IMG/VR virus record: IMGVR_UViG_3300043754_000129
Coordinates: 96,001-160,000 of that record
Direction: 5' to 3' (one strand)
DNA length: 64,000 nt
Source: a virus
Taxonomy: Duplodnaviria > Caudoviricetes
In this document: piece after piece, positions 15,738 to 24,782 of the stretch
Numbering within the stretch: the first letter of the stretch is position 1
Layout of the letters: every line of letters starts with the position of its first letter
Translations under genes and position numbers: made by a program
Notes under the pieces: generated by a model
Databases searched by the model: none
Seen by the model: only the letters and a program-made list of their open reading frames with translations
Told to the model about the DNA's origin: nothing

Positions 15738-17456
15738 TTAGATAGGACCGTTCGTCATGTTGGTGATTTGGACCGGAAGGCCCGCGACCGACAGCTGCAA
15801 GTCGTTCGTGGTCGTGCGCAGGAAGAACGTCACGAACAGAGTCGTCACATTCGCCAGCGAGACCGTGCTCGTTTGCGTGCTGTTCCACTGCGAGATCGGG
15901 CACTCGATGGACGAGCCATCGGGCAACTGAATCGCGAAGTAGTTCGGCATCGGCAGTGCAGCTTCTTGCGACGGGTCGGTGAGCGGTTGCGTGTTGGTGT
16001 ACAGCGCAGCCAGCCACGCAGCTTGCGTTGCGTAACCCGACGTCAGATTGATCGACCAGTCGTTCGCGGCGATCTCTTGCACTGCGGCCAGGTTGCCCGG
16101 ACCGAACGGCGGTTGCTGACCCGGGGTGAACTGCACTTCCCACGGGTTGGTGTTGGTGCCCGGTTGCAGCAGCGTGATGTACACCGTCTGCGAGAAGATG
16201 TACTCGGTGAAGGTATTCTCCACACTGTTCAGTTGCACCGACGCGGTGATGGCTTGCGTCGTACCGTACGTCAACGGCTGGAACGCCGGCGTCGTCGAGG
16301 TGAAGGTCACCAGACTCGTGACATCCCACCACTCGCTGCGATCCAAGTCGTACAGGTACCATTCCAGACGGTAACCCGACACGGCGTTGATCCACACCGG
16401 GAAGGCGTAGAGCTTGAGCGTGTAGGCGCCATCGTTGTTCGTGGTCTGGGCCGTGTACGTTTCCGTGATGAACAGCTGGTTGTTCACCGAGTTCGCCCCG
16501 TAGACCGCCTCGTCCGAAGACAGGTTGTACTTCAGGATCACCGGGAACTGCTGACCGACCACGGAGCTCACGAACGAATCGAAGCCAAAGATCTGGAACT
16601 TCGTGCCGTCCACCGGCAGCTTCGCCGTCGAGCCGTCGCTGTAATTCACCACACCCATCAAGTTCAACCCGCTCGTGAGAGCGTTAATGGGGAACTGGAT
16701 AAGATTGGGGTTGGTTTGCGAGAGGAAGGCGCATTCGAGCGAGATGCCCGACACGTACTTCACGCTCGTATCCGCGCTGCGAATGAACGCCGAGTTCTCG
16801 ATCAGGAGCTGACGCTTGCTGACCACACCACCCGACGAACTGTAGGCGATCAGCGTGACACACGTGCCGTCGGCCAAGGCCACGTTCGTGTAACACACCG
16901 GCACCGTCATCGCCGTGCCCGTCGAACCATCCGGGTAGGTGACCGTCATCGGCACCGTCGGAATCGCTTGACTGAGCAGCGTACCGTTCTGGTTGTAGAG
17001 CGCGCTGATACAGTTGTTGTTGTTCGAGAAGTCGTCGCCCGTGAAGATCTTGATCGAGGCGACTTCCGGACCCGGGAAGTAGAGTGCCTGATCGACACCC
17101 AGCTCGAATGGGATCACGCTTTGATCCAGGTACACGCGGAACGTGTCCGCTTGCGTGCCCGGACCCACGCCTTGCAGCAAGTCGCCCGTGGTCATCACCG
17201 CGTTCGGCGCCGTGGTCAATGCGACCAGCGTCGGGATATACGTGGTCGGGTCCACATACGTCACCCGGTACCACGCGTTCGCCCCCTTGTTGTCCACGAC
17301 GTAATCGTTGACACTCGGGATGTACATGTTGCTGCCCGCTTGGCCGCGATAGATCTGGTACAGCGACCAGATCGTGAACAGACCATTGTTGATGCTGCTA
17401 CCGAGAATCGGCACAGCACCATCGGAGCCAGTCGGTAAGTTTACCGTCGTTGCCAT
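15738..17456 (-). CDS. Virion structural protein (gp26-like, baseplate region)
   Basis: 572 aa, T/N/S/Q-rich; syntenic between terL and the sheath. Confidence 0.7.
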   Translation of the reverse strand: MATTVNLPTGSDGAVPILGSSINNGLFTIWSLYQIYRGQAGSNMYIPSVNDYVVDNKGANAWYRVTYVDPTTYIPTLVALTTAPNAVMTTGDLLQGVGPGTQADTFRVYLDQSVIPFELGVDQALYFPGPEVASIKIFTGDDFSNNNNCISALYNQNGTLLSQAIPTVPMTVTYPDGSTGTAMTVPVCYTNVALADGTCVTLIAYSSSGGVVSKRQLLIENSAFIRSADTSVKYVSGISLECAFLSQTNPNLIQFPINALTSGLNLMGVVNYSDGSTAKLPVDGTKFQIFGFDSFVSSVVGQQFPVILKYNLSSDEAVYGANSVNNQLFITETYTAQTTNNDGAYTLKLYAFPVWINAVSGYRLEWYLYDLDRSEWWDVTSLVTFTSTTPAFQPLTYGTTQAITASVQLNSVENTFTEYIFSQTVYITLLQPGTNTNPWEVQFTPGQQPPFGPGNLAAVQEIAANDWSINLTSGYATQAAWLAALYTNTQPLTDPSQEAALPMPNYFAIQLPDGSSIECPISQWNSTQTSTVSLANVTTLFVTFFLRTTTNDLQLSVAGLPVQITNMTNGPI

Positions 17457-17470
17457 CTAGTCACTCCAGG

Positions 17471-20101
17471 TTAAACGGAACCGGTCTGATCGCCCGTGCC
17501 TTGAGTACCACCCAAGACCGTGACAGTCACCAAACCGCTGAGGCTCACCAGCCCATTCGTGTAAAGCGCCATCACGCGGGTCAAGAAGTTGTACGCGTAC
17601 AACGAGAGCGCGATCGGCACATTCTGATTGTGCGGGCGAATCACCACAAAATTCGGATCCGGTTGCAGGTTGGGCTGCGTCGGATCGAAGGCGAGCAGGT
17701 ACTCATACTGCGAGCACACACTGCGCACCAACGTGTCGTTATAGAACGACTTGAACTGCGTCTGGTCGATCGTGCCGTTGACCAGGTCGTAGATGATCTT
17801 GCACAGGAACGGACTGAAGATCTGGTACTTGCCGTTGATCACATCCGGCCCCGACGCTTCAGGCAGCGGATAGAACTTCGTCATGTAGTCCGTGAGCGCA
17901 GCATCGACGGCCTTCGACTTGGCGCGGTAGCTGTAGGTGTCTTCATTGGTCACCCCCAGCATCGGCACCACCTGGCGCTGGATCATGTACGGTTGCCCGT
18001 TGTCTGCACTCGGCGACAGAATCTGTGCACTCGTTTCCGGGAACTTGAGCGAGCTCATCGGGAACACGCCACCGCCGACCGTGAATCGCAGCACCTCATC
18101 GTCGAGGATGGTGTACTGGTTCGTGTTGGCCAAGAGACCATACTGCACGAAGCCCACTTGCGTGTCGTCGGTTGGCATCGACAGATCTGAGTTGCAGAAA
18201 CCCTGCCAGCGAATCGTGATCGCCTGCTGGTTCGTGCCCGGGAAGTAGAGCGCGTTGATGTTGTTGATCATGAGGCTCGGGAAGTTGAGCACATAATCCA
18301 AACCCGGGATGAGCGTACGCCCATTCAGGAACACATCGAACTGTCCCATCGGAATCTGCATCCCGAAGAGTTGCAGCAGGAAGTTGCGGATCCCCAGCTG
18401 TTGCAGCTGAATCTCCAGCGCCCCTTCCGTCGGCTCAATGAAGAGCGTGTAGGCAAGCATCGACTTGTTGCTGCGCACACAGGTGTAGTACTCAGTCGTG
18501 CTGAGGTTCCACGTGAGCGTGCCGTTCAGAATCGAGTAGTAGGCCGACCCCGTCACATCTTGCCAGACATACGTGGGCTGACCCGTCACCTGATTGATCG
18601 GACAGATGTACATCCGGTAGTCGAGCGCAGTGTTCACCGTTTGCGTCGCTTGGCCGTAGGTGTCATCGATCTGCTGGCTGGCCGAACCCGAGAGCACTTC
18701 CACGAGCGCACAGTTGCTGTTGGCACACGTGTAAGCGCCACCCGACGTATGACCATAGAAGCCGAGCAGCGTACCGTTGCTGTCGTATTCCCACGCCGTA
18801 GAGTTGTCTTGCAGGTTGTAGGGCAGCGTCACAATCAACTGGCCCGATTCCAACACTGGCACCAGCGGACAGGCTCCCACCAAATTGGCTACGGCATTAT
18901 AGCCGTACGCATCTTCCACGTTCTGACGCGTGATGCCCGTGCCCGGCTTGCTCATGATCTGGGCGTACTGGCTTGCTTCGAGCGTCGCCGCTTGCCAGTT
19001 CGTGAGCGTCGAATTCACCCCCACCATCGCCGACATGATCTCTTGATCGGGCAGCGTGTAGAGATCCAGAATCCGGTTGTTCTCGTAGACGAGCGGGCGT
19101 GCAAACGCACCCTTGCGGATATGCAGCCGCACCGTCACATTCGCGGCGCTATCCCACGTCGGTTGCGCGGCCACGTAGCCTGCCACGTAAGCCGTCGGAA
19201 TCGAGTAGTCGCGGTGCGTCACGTTACGGATCGCGTCGCCCAGATTGTGGTGGTAGTACACACCCTTCGTCACGCCGTTGCCGACGTTGTAGTACACGAA
19301 CACATCGACGTCGTTGGCGAAGTCAATGTAGTTGTCGCTAGAGCCCTCGTAGTGCAAGAGGTACTTGTACTTGTTGTCGAGCGTCGAGTTGAAACTCGGC
19401 AGGTTCTCGAACGGGAAGTCCACCACCCGGTAGATGGAGGTGTCGTAGACGTATTCCACCACGTCGCCGATCTTCACCGTCTGGATGTTGATCTGGTTGA
19501 CCTTGTAGCCATTCACGAAGGCGTACACGGCCCCCACTCCCGAATTCGAGAGCGAAGCGATCGTGTTCTGAATCGTGAGGATATCCTTGTTGACTGCTGG
19601 CACCGCACCCGCAGTCTGGATGGAGTTCTGTGCGGACCCCGCATGTGCACGTGCACTACGGAAGAACGCGTTGCTGTACACCCGCATGAAGAGTGCGTTG
19701 GTGTCCAGGCTCACCGGAATCGTCGGCTGCACCTTCACCGCCACGATGATCGCCTTGTCCGGTGTGACCATGTAGTAGCTTTGGAAGCGCGGCCATTCGT
19801 AACCGTTTGCCGTGTACAGATCGACCATCAGATTCATCGCGTTCATCGCGCTGCTGATCGTCTGCCAGGTCGACGCTTTGGGGAAGAGCCCCAACATGCG
19901 CGGGTTGACCTGACCAATCCAGTACACGTGATAGAGTTCACCTTGCGTAGGCAACGTGATGTTCTGCCACATGACCTGGTAACTGTTCAACTCTCCGCCA
20001 TCGGGAGTCAAACGTGCAAGCTCAAAGTAGTCTTGCTTTTCATTCGTCGGGGAGCACCACACGTTGCGCAGTGCATTGTCGACTAAGTAATCAAAAGCCA
20101 T
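17471..20101 (-). CDS. Virion structural protein (gp27-like, baseplate)
   Basis: Starts MAFDYLVDNALRNVWCSP; synteny with terL and the sheath. Confidence 0.72.
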   Translation of the reverse strand: MAFDYLVDNALRNVWCSPTNEKQDYFELARLTPDGGELNSYQVMWQNITLPTQGELYHVYWIGQVNPRMLGLFPKASTWQTISSAMNAMNLMVDLYTANGYEWPRFQSYYMVTPDKAIIVAVKVQPTIPVSLDTNALFMRVYSNAFFRSARAHAGSAQNSIQTAGAVPAVNKDILTIQNTIASLSNSGVGAVYAFVNGYKVNQINIQTVKIGDVVEYVYDTSIYRVVDFPFENLPSFNSTLDNKYKYLLHYEGSSDNYIDFANDVDVFVYYNVGNGVTKGVYYHHNLGDAIRNVTHRDYSIPTAYVAGYVAAQPTWDSAANVTVRLHIRKGAFARPLVYENNRILDLYTLPDQEIMSAMVGVNSTLTNWQAATLEASQYAQIMSKPGTGITRQNVEDAYGYNAVANLVGACPLVPVLESGQLIVTLPYNLQDNSTAWEYDSNGTLLGFYGHTSGGAYTCANSNCALVEVLSGSASQQIDDTYGQATQTVNTALDYRMYICPINQVTGQPTYVWQDVTGSAYYSILNGTLTWNLSTTEYYTCVRSNKSMLAYTLFIEPTEGALEIQLQQLGIRNFLLQLFGMQIPMGQFDVFLNGRTLIPGLDYVLNFPSLMINNINALYFPGTNQQAITIRWQGFCNSDLSMPTDDTQVGFVQYGLLANTNQYTILDDEVLRFTVGGGVFPMSSLKFPETSAQILSPSADNGQPYMIQRQVVPMLGVTNEDTYSYRAKSKAVDAALTDYMTKFYPLPEASGPDVINGKYQIFSPFLCKIIYDLVNGTIDQTQFKSFYNDTLVRSVCSQYEYLLAFDPTQPNLQPDPNFVVIRPHNQNVPIALSLYAYNFLTRVMALYTNGLVSLSGLVTVTVLGGTQGTGDQTGSV

Positions 20102-20167
20102 CTGCGTTCCCGATGTGAGAATAAAACCTGGAGCAGGGCCTTTCGGCACCCGCCCCAGGCATCGTTC

Positions 20168-21088
20168 TTAGGCCGTCGCCATTTGCGTGAGGTTCGTCAC
20201 CGCGCGCACGAATTGCTGACCGCTATCGCGCTTGGCTTGACGCTCCACGAGCTTGGCCAGGGCCGAGTTCTTGTAGGTGCGATCCACGTGCGCGGCGAGC
20301 AACACAGCCAACCACGTCGGCGGATGCTCCGTTGCCACGGCGAGGAGTTCTTGCGAGTGGTAGCCGAACCACGTACCCTTCAGGATCGAGACCAGCACGC
20401 CCGGGTTGAAGTCGTTCAGCCGCACGCTCTTCGTCGCTTCCTTGGCGAGCGCACAGAACACATCGATCTGACCCATCGGGCCACCGATACGATCGAGCAC
20501 TGCGAGCACGTCTTGTGCCGAAGCCTTCGTTGCCCGGGAGACAGCTTGCACGATCTTCATGCGCTTGTCTTCCTTGAAGTCCTCGTTCTCGATGAAGAGA
20601 CCGCCGTAGTAGATACCGGCGCAGATGGCCAGATCCAGTTGCTCACGCATGTCGAGGGCGAAGCGGCGCGCCACGTTCTCACTGATCCACGATGCGTAGA
20701 ACTGCATCGCAGCCGGCGACACGTCGCGCAGCAAACCGAAGTTGCCGTCGATCCACAGGTCGTTGAGTTTCGCACGGTGCACGAGCAGCTCGTACTCCAC
20801 GTTGTTGCGAATCAAGAACTGGCCCTTGACGCGGTCGAACGAACCGAAGGGACGCACGTCGATCGCCAGGCACATTTCGCCTTGGTACTCGAACGGATAC
20901 GGGTGCGCGAACTCCGGAATGGCGCTCGAAGTCGAGCCCACAGCCCGCACTTCGAAGACCCGCGAATTCGGAATACGGCAGAACGCCAGGTCACCTTTGA
21001 CCAGGGCCAACTGGATTCCTTCCGCGACTTTATCCAGCTGATAGCCACTGCACACGGTGGTGTCGTAGGCTGTTGCGAAACGAGTCAT
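20168..21088 (-). CDS. Conserved phiKZ-like virion-associated protein (gp28-like)
   Basis: Starts MTRFATAYDTT; divergent from the sheath; GAGG RBS. Confidence 0.7.
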   Translation of the reverse strand: MTRFATAYDTTVCSGYQLDKVAEGIQLALVKGDLAFCRIPNSRVFEVRAVGSTSSAIPEFAHPYPFEYQGEMCLAIDVRPFGSFDRVKGQFLIRNNVEYELLVHRAKLNDLWIDGNFGLLRDVSPAAMQFYASWISENVARRFALDMREQLDLAICAGIYYGGLFIENEDFKEDKRMKIVQAVSRATKASAQDVLAVLDRIGGPMGQIDVFCALAKEATKSVRLNDFNPGVLVSILKGTWFGYHSQELLAVATEHPPTWLAVLLAAHVDRTYKNSALAKLVERQAKRDSGQQFVRAVTNLTQMATA

Positions 21089-21134
21089 GATCAGATGCCT
21101 CACGTGTTTGTTATGTTAGGCAATTTTTACCTAG

Positions 21135-21146
21135 CATGATATGTCA
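21135..21146 (+). promoter_or_regulatory. Candidate late promoter (TATG core)
   Basis: CATGATATGTCA, identical to 51375-51386; phiKZ late promoters have a TATG core. Confidence 0.45.
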
Positions 21147-21287
21147 TAAAAAAGAATCGATCGGACGTCCCCACGAAGGGATGCCCGTGCGCAAGCATGG
21201 GACACACACGTACAGCGTGCGTTCGAATTGTTATGATGCGGCGCATCGTCTTCGAAACCATACCATTTGTTAAACAGGAACACTACC

Positions 21288-23432
21288 ATGACGTCTGCTC
21301 AGATTGTCAATGGCGCTCCGATGACCATCATGCGCGGTACTCAGGATCTGAGCACCGAGCAGGTCACCCCGACGCCGGAACAGATTCCTCAGCATCTTCC
21401 GCTGATCTATCTGTACGCTCAGCAAGGCCCGTTGACGACCGAGCTCGTCTCCGGTGCGGACCTGACCAACATGTACGGTTCGGACACGTTCGACCTGCGC
21501 AAGAAGTGGGCGAACCACGCGACCGTACTCGCGAGCACCGTGAACGCCCAAGGCAACGCTATCCAAGTGAAGCGTATGCAACCGGCCGACGCGGCTCCGC
21601 CCGCCACGCTGCGTCTGTACCTCGACGTGCTGCCCGCGCAGATCACGCAGTACCAGCGCAACAGCGACGGCTCGTTCAAGACCGATGGCTCGGGCAACCC
21701 CGTGCCGGTCACGGGCTCGACGACGACCGCAGCTGGCTACGTGGCCAAGTGGGTCGTGGAACAAGTCACGGAAACGACCACGGACGGCGTGACGACGGAC
21801 GACTTCGGCTCGGCTGAAATCGTTGCCGGCGACCTGACGTACACGGGCGCTTCGGGCACGTCGCAACGCTACCCGATCATGGATCTGCGCGTGCCGTCGT
21901 TCGGCGCGTACGGTAACCTGAACGGTATCCGTCTGTGGGCACCGACGACGCAATCGTCGACGCCGATCAATTCGAACTACCTCGAAACGGACGGCGTGTA
22001 CCCGTTCCGGATCGCTTGCGCGCGCAAGTCGGCAGCGACGGGCACGAGCTCGGTGGTTTCGACGATCAACGGCCAGCAGTACCTGGACTTCACGTTCAAG
22101 CCGAACATGATCGACCTCGACACCGATTCGCAGATCAGCCTGGGTGACATCTTCATCCCGGCCTGGCAAGCACTGAATCAGACGTCGGGTGCGGCAGACC
22201 AGTACGGTCCGTTCGGCCAGCTGTCGATCTACAACGCGAACATCGCCACGCTGCTCGGCATGTTCTACGCAGCGGAATACGCTGTGAACAGCCAGCTCGG
22301 TTCGTTCTCGGACTTCTCGGGCGCGGCTGACGAGCTGTGGAAGTTCAACTTCGTGGGCGGTACGACGTCGCAAGGCGCTCCGTACTCGACGTTCACGATC
22401 AACACGTCGGCCAACGACGCGGCTTACCTGTCGCAAGCCAGCACGCTGTACGCAGCGGGCGGCACGGACGGCACGATGAGCGATACGCTCTTCGCCGGCC
22501 TCGTGACGGATGCCATCGCGGCCTACGCCGATCCGACCAATCCGGTCATGGACATGGTGGGTTCGCCCGAGTCGATCTTCTGGGATTCGGGTTTCCCGTT
22601 GACCACGAAGCAAGCGCTCGCGCAGTTCATCAGCCAGCGTAAGGACACGTTCGTGGTCCTCTCGACGTTCTCCACGCTCAGCCCGATCCTGACGGCCAGC
22701 GAAGAATCGTCGATGGCAGTGGCACTGAAGTCGTACCTCCAGCAGTTCCCGGAGTCCGACTACTTCGGCACGCCTTGCATGCGCGGCATGATCGTCCCGG
22801 GTTCGGGTACGCTCACCGGTTCGCTGTACAACGGTCCGGTCACGGCCAACCTGCCGCTCACGATCGAGCTCGCCTCCAAGGCAGCTGCGTACATGGGCGC
22901 CGGTAACGGTAAGTGGAAGTCGGGCTTCGCGTTCGATTCCGTGCCGGGTTCGGAGATCAACCTGTTCAGCAACATCAACGTGACGTTCTGGCCGGCTACG
23001 GTGCGCAACACCGACTGGACCAACGGCATGGTGGGTGTCGAGCTGTACCAACGTCGCCAGGCGTACTTCCCGGCGCTGAAGACGATTTACGACAACGACA
23101 CGTCGGTGTTGAACTCGTTCTTCAACGCATTCGCGATCTGCTACCTCGAGAAGATCGGGGACATGGCACGCCGCACGTTCTCGGGCATCACGTCCCTGAC
23201 GAACGCGCAGCTGATCACGAACGTGAACAAGTACGTCACGAACGCGGTCAACGGCATCTTCGACAACCGCTTCGTGATCACGCCGAACTGCCAGATCACC
23301 GGCGGCGACGCTCAGCGCGGTTACAGCTGGACGCTGGTCATCGAAATCTTCGCTCCGTCGATGAAGACGGTGGCGACGCTCGAGATCCAGTCGTACCGTC
23401 TGGACAGCCTGTCGGCCACGTCGACGCAGTAA
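21288..23432 (+). CDS. Tail sheath protein (gp29-like)
   Basis: ~714 aa; PQHLPLIYLYAQQGP, FWDSGFP and AYFPALKTIYDNDTSVL; precedes the tube gene. Confidence 0.9.
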   Translation: MTSAQIVNGAPMTIMRGTQDLSTEQVTPTPEQIPQHLPLIYLYAQQGPLTTELVSGADLTNMYGSDTFDLRKKWANHATVLASTVNAQGNAIQVKRMQPADAAPPATLRLYLDVLPAQITQYQRNSDGSFKTDGSGNPVPVTGSTTTAAGYVAKWVVEQVTETTTDGVTTDDFGSAEIVAGDLTYTGASGTSQRYPIMDLRVPSFGAYGNLNGIRLWAPTTQSSTPINSNYLETDGVYPFRIACARKSAATGTSSVVSTINGQQYLDFTFKPNMIDLDTDSQISLGDIFIPAWQALNQTSGAADQYGPFGQLSIYNANIATLLGMFYAAEYAVNSQLGSFSDFSGAADELWKFNFVGGTTSQGAPYSTFTINTSANDAAYLSQASTLYAAGGTDGTMSDTLFAGLVTDAIAAYADPTNPVMDMVGSPESIFWDSGFPLTTKQALAQFISQRKDTFVVLSTFSTLSPILTASEESSMAVALKSYLQQFPESDYFGTPCMRGMIVPGSGTLTGSLYNGPVTANLPLTIELASKAAAYMGAGNGKWKSGFAFDSVPGSEINLFSNINVTFWPATVRNTDWTNGMVGVELYQRRQAYFPALKTIYDNDTSVLNSFFNAFAICYLEKIGDMARRTFSGITSLTNAQLITNVNKYVTNAVNGIFDNRFVITPNCQITGGDAQRGYSWTLVIEIFAPSMKTVATLEIQSYRLDSLSATSTQ

Positions 23433-23440
23433 GCTCTTAA

Positions 23441-23465
23441 GGGGAGGGCTTCGGCCCTTCCCGTT
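23441..23465 (+). terminator. C(UUCG)G hairpin between sheath and tube (weak U-tract)
   Basis: GGGAGGGC-TTCG-GCCCTTCC. Confidence 0.5.
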
Positions 23466-23492
23466 ACCCTCAGCTTTTAGGAGCAAACCAAA

Positions 23493-24470
23493 ATGGCACG
23501 TCTTGCAAACGCCATTCTGCAAAACACGTCGGCGTTCGCCCAAGGGCACAACTCGCCGATGCTGGACTTGCAGTATGGTGGTCAGATGGGCTTCACGCCC
23601 AACTACACGCAGTGGGTCAGCAACCAGCAGTACATTCGCAAGAACCTGATCTGCTTGCTGATCGAAGCCCCGATCGGCTTCCAGTACCTGCCGAACCCGG
23701 ATGTGTGGGTCGGTACGCTGCGCGCCCTCGTTGAACTGCACGCAATCCGCATCACGGGCCTGAACGCTCGTCTGACGGTGGAAGTTGCCGAAACGCCGGT
23801 CGGCGGTGGCGGTAACATGCAGCAGGATCCGACGAACGTCACGCGTGAGCGTTCGGTGCCTCAGTTCTCGTGGAACGAAAAGTACGGCATGCCCGTCAAC
23901 ATGTTCCACCAGGGCTGGATCACGAACCTCATCATGGATCCGGACACGAAGTTCGCGAATGTCGCGACTCTGTCGACGGACAGCACGTATGGTCCTCCGA
24001 CCGACATGCTGGCGGACATGTACTCGGCCACGATGATCTTCATCGAACCGGATCCGACCCACACGCGTGTGGTGAAGAGCTGGCTGGTCACGAACATGTT
24101 CCCGCTCTCGACGGGCGACATCACGGGTCAGCGCGACCTCACGACGGCTCAGGAAAACCTGACGGTCGACATCACGTACTCGGGCATCGCTCAGTACTCG
24201 CTCGGCGTGGATGCGTTCGCTCAGCAGCTGCTCACCTCGATCAGCATCGCGGGCGCGAACCCCTACACCGAGAACGCCTTCGTTCAAGCGATCGAAGCCG
24301 TGGTGTCGTCGACGACGACGGGTTACCAGAACGAAGTGGCCGACATCGCTGCCAACCAAGTGGATCCGGTTTCGGATACGCTGGCAACGGGCGAAGCCAT
24401 CTCGTCGAGCATGGTGACGGACGCGCAGGATTCGACGACGGCAGTCGGTACGTCGGGCGTCTTCGCTTAA
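23493..24470 (+). CDS. Tail tube protein (gp30-like)
   Basis: GGAG RBS; follows the sheath; EKYG...WI and FIEPDP...WLVTNMFP motifs. Confidence 0.85.
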   Translation: MARLANAILQNTSAFAQGHNSPMLDLQYGGQMGFTPNYTQWVSNQQYIRKNLICLLIEAPIGFQYLPNPDVWVGTLRALVELHAIRITGLNARLTVEVAETPVGGGGNMQQDPTNVTRERSVPQFSWNEKYGMPVNMFHQGWITNLIMDPDTKFANVATLSTDSTYGPPTDMLADMYSATMIFIEPDPTHTRVVKSWLVTNMFPLSTGDITGQRDLTTAQENLTVDITYSGIAQYSLGVDAFAQQLLTSISIAGANPYTENAFVQAIEAVVSSTTTGYQNEVADIAANQVDPVSDTLATGEAISSSMVTDAQDSTTAVGTSGVFA

Positions 24471-24491
24471 CCGCCAAAAAAAGAAGTAGGC

Positions 24492-24530
24492 GGCATAATG
24501 CCCCAGCCTCACGGCTGGGGCTTTTATGAC
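24492..24530. terminator. CATA...TATG-footed hairpin between convergent genes
   Basis: GGCATAATGCCCCAGCC-TCAC-GGCTGGGGCTTTTATG with an upstream A-tract. Confidence 0.7.
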
Positions 24531-24536
24531 GTCAGC

Positions 24537-24722
24537 TCACAAGAGGTAGAGTTCACCCGAGATGATCAGGCTGGCATAGAAGCGCATGTCGCCACGAACA
24601 GTCAGGGGCAGTCTGCGTTGCCGATCGCTTTCGATATGAAACACGAGCCAGCGAATGATGCCGCGCGAGTTGGCGAGAGCAGGAAACTTCTGCACGACAT
24701 CTTCAACATATCTGAGACGCAT
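24537..24722 (-). CDS. Small hypothetical protein
   Basis: GGAG RBS; bounded by two hairpins. Confidence 0.6.
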   Translation of the reverse strand: MRLRYVEDVVQKFPALANSRGIIRWLVFHIESDRQRRLPLTVRGDMRFYASLIISGELYLL

Positions 24723-24741
24723 GGTAACTCCTCAGGAGAGA

Positions 24742-24775
24742 GCATAAAGCCCGGGTTGCCCCGGGCGCCTATGCC
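24742..24775. terminator. CATA...TATG-footed hairpin
   Basis: GCATAAAGCCCGGG-TTGC-CCCGGGCGCCTATG; near-identical to 28441-28476. Confidence 0.65.
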
Positions 24776-24782
24776 GTTAGCT

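Noticed and set aside
13387-16395. 1002-aa terminase ORF as listed in the track
   Set aside because: The first ~248 codons overlap the upstream structural gene in another frame; the true start is MILFADDW at 15651.
21270-24512. Long antisense ORFs (also 32383-34854, 38185-40599, 45655-47520, 61135-63153 and others)
   Set aside because: Shadow frames caused by high GC3 codon bias opposite well-supported genes.
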